A DNA stretch of 64,000 nucleotides from Eledone cirrhosa. Its lineage: Eukaryota. The notes beneath the pieces were generated by a model. It did no database searches. It saw nothing but the letters and a program-made list of their open reading frames with translations, and had not been told where the DNA came from. Positions 59,390 through 64,000 of this stretch are shown piece by piece. The position numbers were made by a program, and so were the translations under genes. Position 1 is the stretch's first letter. Every line of letters starts with the position of its first letter. The DNA lies in NCBI GenBank assembly GCA_964016885.1, contig OZ024745.1, positions 52,452,001 to 52,516,000 on the forward strand, given 5' to 3'.

Positions 59390-61417
59390 ATATCTATAAT
59401 TTGTAATAAACGAAGCCAAATTTTACATATTTGTCATAATTATTTTATATATATATATATATATATACACAGAAGAGGATAGGGAGTGTCTTATATATGA
59501 GAAATAGATATATAAATAATTGTCAGCGTGTCAGAAATAGAAATTAACTTGTGATATCAAGGAAAGATAAGAAAAACAAAAAATTCATCGTTGTTGCCGA
59601 AAATGAATATCGATATGTAAGTAAATATATGATTCCTGAATCCTCGCGCATTAAATATAACTGAATTATTTTATATTTAATCAACTCTTTATTTCGGCGC
59701 TAACGAATTTACGATCTCGGAAATTCCTGAGATCGTAAAATCCTCACTACTCCAAAAATAACAAATAATGTTTTGCTTTGCTGCTGAAGACGAAACACAG
59801 TTAGGTAGAGTCTTCTTCCCGATTTTGCCGGAAAAAATATTATTAGTAATTGATTGTTATGCCCTATACTTATTTCGTTTTACTTCCGTATAATTATTTC
59901 TCTTAAGCTCTTTAATGCGCCACATATCAAACGTCTTGTAGCTTGGTTTAACCTTGGAAACATGATATGAAGTACCGATTCCTAGACAATTTGCAGATAT
60001 CCTTCGGCATATAACTGGACACGTATCAATTGGTTACAACTGCAGCAGTAATAAATTTATTTAAACCTGTTTTGGGAGAATTGATTTATGAGGATTATTT
60101 CAATATATTTCATCAGAATTTAAGCGATTTTATTTATTATGATAATTGTTTGTCTTGAGAGAGTTTTGAAATAGAATACCTGACTTAAAGATTCAACATC
60201 ATTCATGGTGTAGAAATTGTAACATACTAATTTAACTAAATACTTAGCTTAACTATAAATGTGTTAATTCATTGACGTTATTGAATATTGGCATACGATA
60301 AAATTATTGATTTTCTACATTTTCTTATTACGTGATGATAAGATATATATATTACATGCTCTTAAGATGTGACCGTTGAAAGTCAAACCACAATCAACAA
60401 AACATTTATGATGCGTATGATAGTTAATTAATCAGTATTGATATGTTGAAGAGAATATATTAAGATTTTCCTATCAGTTAAACCAATCTCACAGAAATTG
60501 TAATTAAATAAGCCACATGACTGAATTAAAATTAATTGGACATCAGTGTGTCAGCAATCCGATTTCAATTACACAAAATGCGTCTACGTCCAAACAAAAC
60601 AATATTCTGAAGAGAATGATGATATGGAAAATGTAATCGTTTAATATATACGTTTTAAACACAATATAATGTATTAATAATGTTAAGAAATTATTTTGTA
60701 GCCACCACACCCGCCCATTTATTTAAACTCCCCTATCACATTGTGTTTTACCTATCGCTGAAAAAAATGTGGAGTATTAAGAAGGAAATGATTGTAGACA
60801 ATTCCTTGTCAAATAAATATATTATCCATAAAATACTTCGTTCGTATTCTTCGTGTTGTTTCTTTTGGAAAGGGAGGGAATTGTTGGAAGTTATATTTCC
60901 TATTAAATAAATAACACATTTCTACAGCTCAGGGAACTGGGACAACGGGAAATTACTGTATTATTTGTAGTTATAGGAAAGCTTTCTAATTTACCCAAAA
61001 CAGATATATTGGTATAATTTTGAAAGATCAAAGCGTTATAATATCTGTCTACTAACTGCCAAAGAAACAGATTATATTCCAGTTTAATTCATCGTTCTGG
61101 GAATGTCAATGAAATATTGAAGCATGAGAATTCTGCACATGTATCATACATATTCATGTATGATTTCCTAAGTTTTTAGCATATGCTACATTTCAATTAG
61201 CTAAAAATATAAGCTGTATGATTATATATTTCCTTTCATATCTTGTCTTGATAGTCAATTTACATGTGTAGACGCACACGTATCTGAAGAAAGCAAGTTA
61301 TTTAAATGTTTATCTGCATCTACAGAAAAATCCTAACGTATCTCATAATTTCTCTTTTTTCCCCACCACCACTCTTTCTCTCTCTTTCTCTTCCTCCCTC
61401 TTTGTTCCTCTCTTCCC

Positions 61418-61498
<81 letters not shown>

Positions 61499-61499
61499 T

Positions 61500-61987
61500 A
61501 GGTATATATATACGGGATAACAGGTTATCGTTAAGGCAGTCCACTTGGATGTAGTCCAGTTAGAGTACTCCGTGTGGTGGATAGTATTAACGTATGGCTT
61601 AGTTTGACTCAACAAGACGTTTCCATAGTGATGCTGCGAGTTCGCGGTGATTTCTATGTAGTTTATACTTGGAGTAATAATAATTCAAGAAAGAAGAGTG
61701 ACATGGTTTGCTATACAATAAGGGATTTATTCACATTGCTGACAATTGTTTTTGATCTGGTAGGTCTAGAGTTCGCTACTCGCCTGATTTTGCGTCAATC
61801 GATCTCCAATACTTTGTTTATAACCAGTCGTTTTCATCGTGCTCTGATGAAAACGACTGTATTGGAGATCGATTGACGCAAAATCAGGCGAGTAGCCAAC
61901 TTTAGACATACCAGATCAAAGAAACAATTGTCAGCAATGTGAATAAAGCCCTTATTGTATAGCAAACCGTGTCACTCTTCTTTCTTG

Positions 61988-61993
<6 letters not shown>
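61500..61993. mobile_element. Fold-back pLTR remnant with HHR-like motif
   Basis: 61679-61812 vs 61859-61993 inverted; plus 61840-61936 TGCT-CTGATGA...GAAAC-AATT-GTC-AGCA; microsatellite flanks. Confidence 0.75.
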
Positions 61994-62041
<48 letters not shown>

Positions 62042-62772
62042 GCATGTGTGTGTGTGTCTTTATGCGTGCCCATTTTGTAAAGATAAACTATTATATATAA
62101 AGTACGTATGGTGTGTCTTTATTTGTGTACGGTAAATAGAGTGTATTTTCCTTCGTGTATATATGTATATGCATGCGGATATTCATAAATTGTTGTAGTG
62201 ACCATTCAAATCAATCTGTTCTATTCTTCTTTTTCCTCACTTTATTCTGAATCTCGTTATTGTTTATCTTTCTATTACTGACTCTCAAAAGCCAATATGT
62301 TCTTTTGTGATTACATTTCTTGACTCGGTGCGGCTTGGTAAATCGTGAATAAATCATTTTAGCCAGTTGCTTTTTTACGTTGGATGTGATTATTACTAGT
62401 ATGAAAGTTGGTTCATCTAATTGAGTAATAAAATTAGTAAGTAGCATTCACACAAATAGCAAAATCACCAGTGGAGAAGCTCGTCCACTGTTTTAATGCC
62501 AGAAATAAATATCTACTTTTTTTCATTTGTTAAAGTTTCGAGCAGAAATATTATATATGGGAATAGTAGAATCAGCCACTAAGTTAATGCAACTTATATT
62601 TGTTTTGCTATTTCCTTTTATTTATTTACCCAATATTTATTTTAATGTATTACTGAAATTTTTGCGTATGTTACCTCGTTACGACAATGCACGAAATCTT
62701 GCTAAATGTAACGGTTGCCTCCATAAATATGGTTTCGTTTGATATGATGGGAATTATCTTTTCCTCTGTTTC

Positions 62773-62851
<79 letters not shown>

Positions 62852-62856
<5 letters not shown>

Positions 62857-63200
62857 AACGAGTAGGACCCCGACGGCTGAGCTCAAGCCGTTTCGACGGC
62901 TAATTCTGGACTAAATGAACATTTTTATCCGGGTATATGATAGCCGAGCTTCTCAGGGGGTAATTCCATATATGGTAAAAGTGATTGTCACAAGGATTGG
63001 TAAAAAGTTTGTTGTTGAGGCACATAATTCTATCATGGCAATTTGTGGGAGGAAGGGGTATCTGAACCTGCCAGTAGAAGAAAGAGGGAGAGGGAGTGGA
63101 GGAAACCCAGTCGTGCGTTGATAGTGCCAACTACAGCAGGGCAGGAGGTCAAGCAAGTATACTAGGGAGGGGGAGGGGGAGGAAGTCGAAACAATAAGTA
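62852..63200 (-). mobile_element. pLTR remnant with HHR-like motif (62867-62961)
   Basis: ACCCC-CTGAGAA-gctCGGCTA...TAGCCGtc-GAAAC-GGCT-tgagctc-AGCC-GTC-GGGGT; right boundary uncertain. Confidence 0.65.
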
Positions 63201-64000
63201 AATCAATATGGAGTAAATATATAGAAGAATACCAAGAATGTTAAAAATATAAAAAAACAATTTCTGGTTACCATTCCCTAACGACAGTCATCAAGTCTCT
63301 CACTAGTACTGCTAAACTATAGAAAAGTTTGCTAGGTGGGACGGAATTGTAATGAGACCATTTTAAGAGTTAGTAGTAATCAACCTAGTATATCTTACGG
63401 TGACAGGTCAACCAGTGGGTGGCCAAAAAACTAAAGAATCTACCACGAAATAATAATTCAGAGTCCCGAAACTAATACGAAATAATTGTTTCTACCCCAG
63501 GCACAAGCCCAGCAACCATCCAGTGCCAAAAATAAACTAATACGAAATAATAATTCAGAATCCCGAAAATGAATACTAATACTATCTCTAAGGGTGCCGC
63601 TACGATAGAAAAATTCTAGTGCAAACTACATAAATGCTCGTACGAAGTATATGAAAAATTTGATACGGAAAATTAATTAAAGAGACGGTCGTACTCACAA
63701 TTAAAATATCCCGCCCTCTCACACTCCAACACAAGTTATATCACGAGGCAGTTTTCCGCAAATACTGTATGCAATGGCTCATGCAAGAACATAAGAACAT
63801 ATACAAACCCATAACACTTCTATGCATTTCGCCTCTCCTGGTAACTCCTCATTTATTCCCCGTATTTCTCTCTCCTAAAGTATCTTATAATGAGCTTTTT
63901 CCTATTGAAAGACCGAAGATCGATTAGTCGAAGACTATTCTTGTATAAAACTCATAAAAGGTTCAAATTAATAACACTTTGTTCTGTTGACACGCTACCA

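Noticed and set aside
59708-59740. Small hairpin TTTACGATCTC..GAGATCGTAAA
   Set aside because: Real but too short and without context to assign a function.
59778-59810. CTGAAGA-C-GAAAC-ACA-GTT
   Set aside because: No stem II and no convincing stem I; likely chance.

Overview
AT-rich, microsatellite-dense eukaryotic DNA, most likely intronic or intergenic. The SINE families resemble those of octopod cephalopods (inference from recalled consensus). No host protein-coding gene can be confidently called; most supplied ORFs are translations of (AT)n/(GT)n/(AG)n tracts. The window is dominated by retroelement debris: four Penelope-like element (PLE) coding remnants (RT and/or GIY-YIG), a near full-length CRE-like non-LTR element with an N-terminal PHD finger, an R4/Dong-like remnant, a possible CR1 remnant, a non-autonomous Helitron and Nin-domain tRNA SINEs. 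The main signal is a swarm of about 14 apparently unrelated type I hammerhead ribozyme (HHR)-bearing sequence families, identified by eye. Most sit in (AT)n tracts as asymmetric fold-back (inverted) insertions, with HHRs reading outward and family-specific long and short 3' ends. Two are ORF-less direct-repeat units (retrozyme-like), several HHRs have greatly expanded stem II or a variant core, and one repeat of the same architecture carries a tRNA-like cloverleaf instead of an intact HHR. Coordinates were counted manually and may be off by a few bases; ribozyme activity is not demonstrated.
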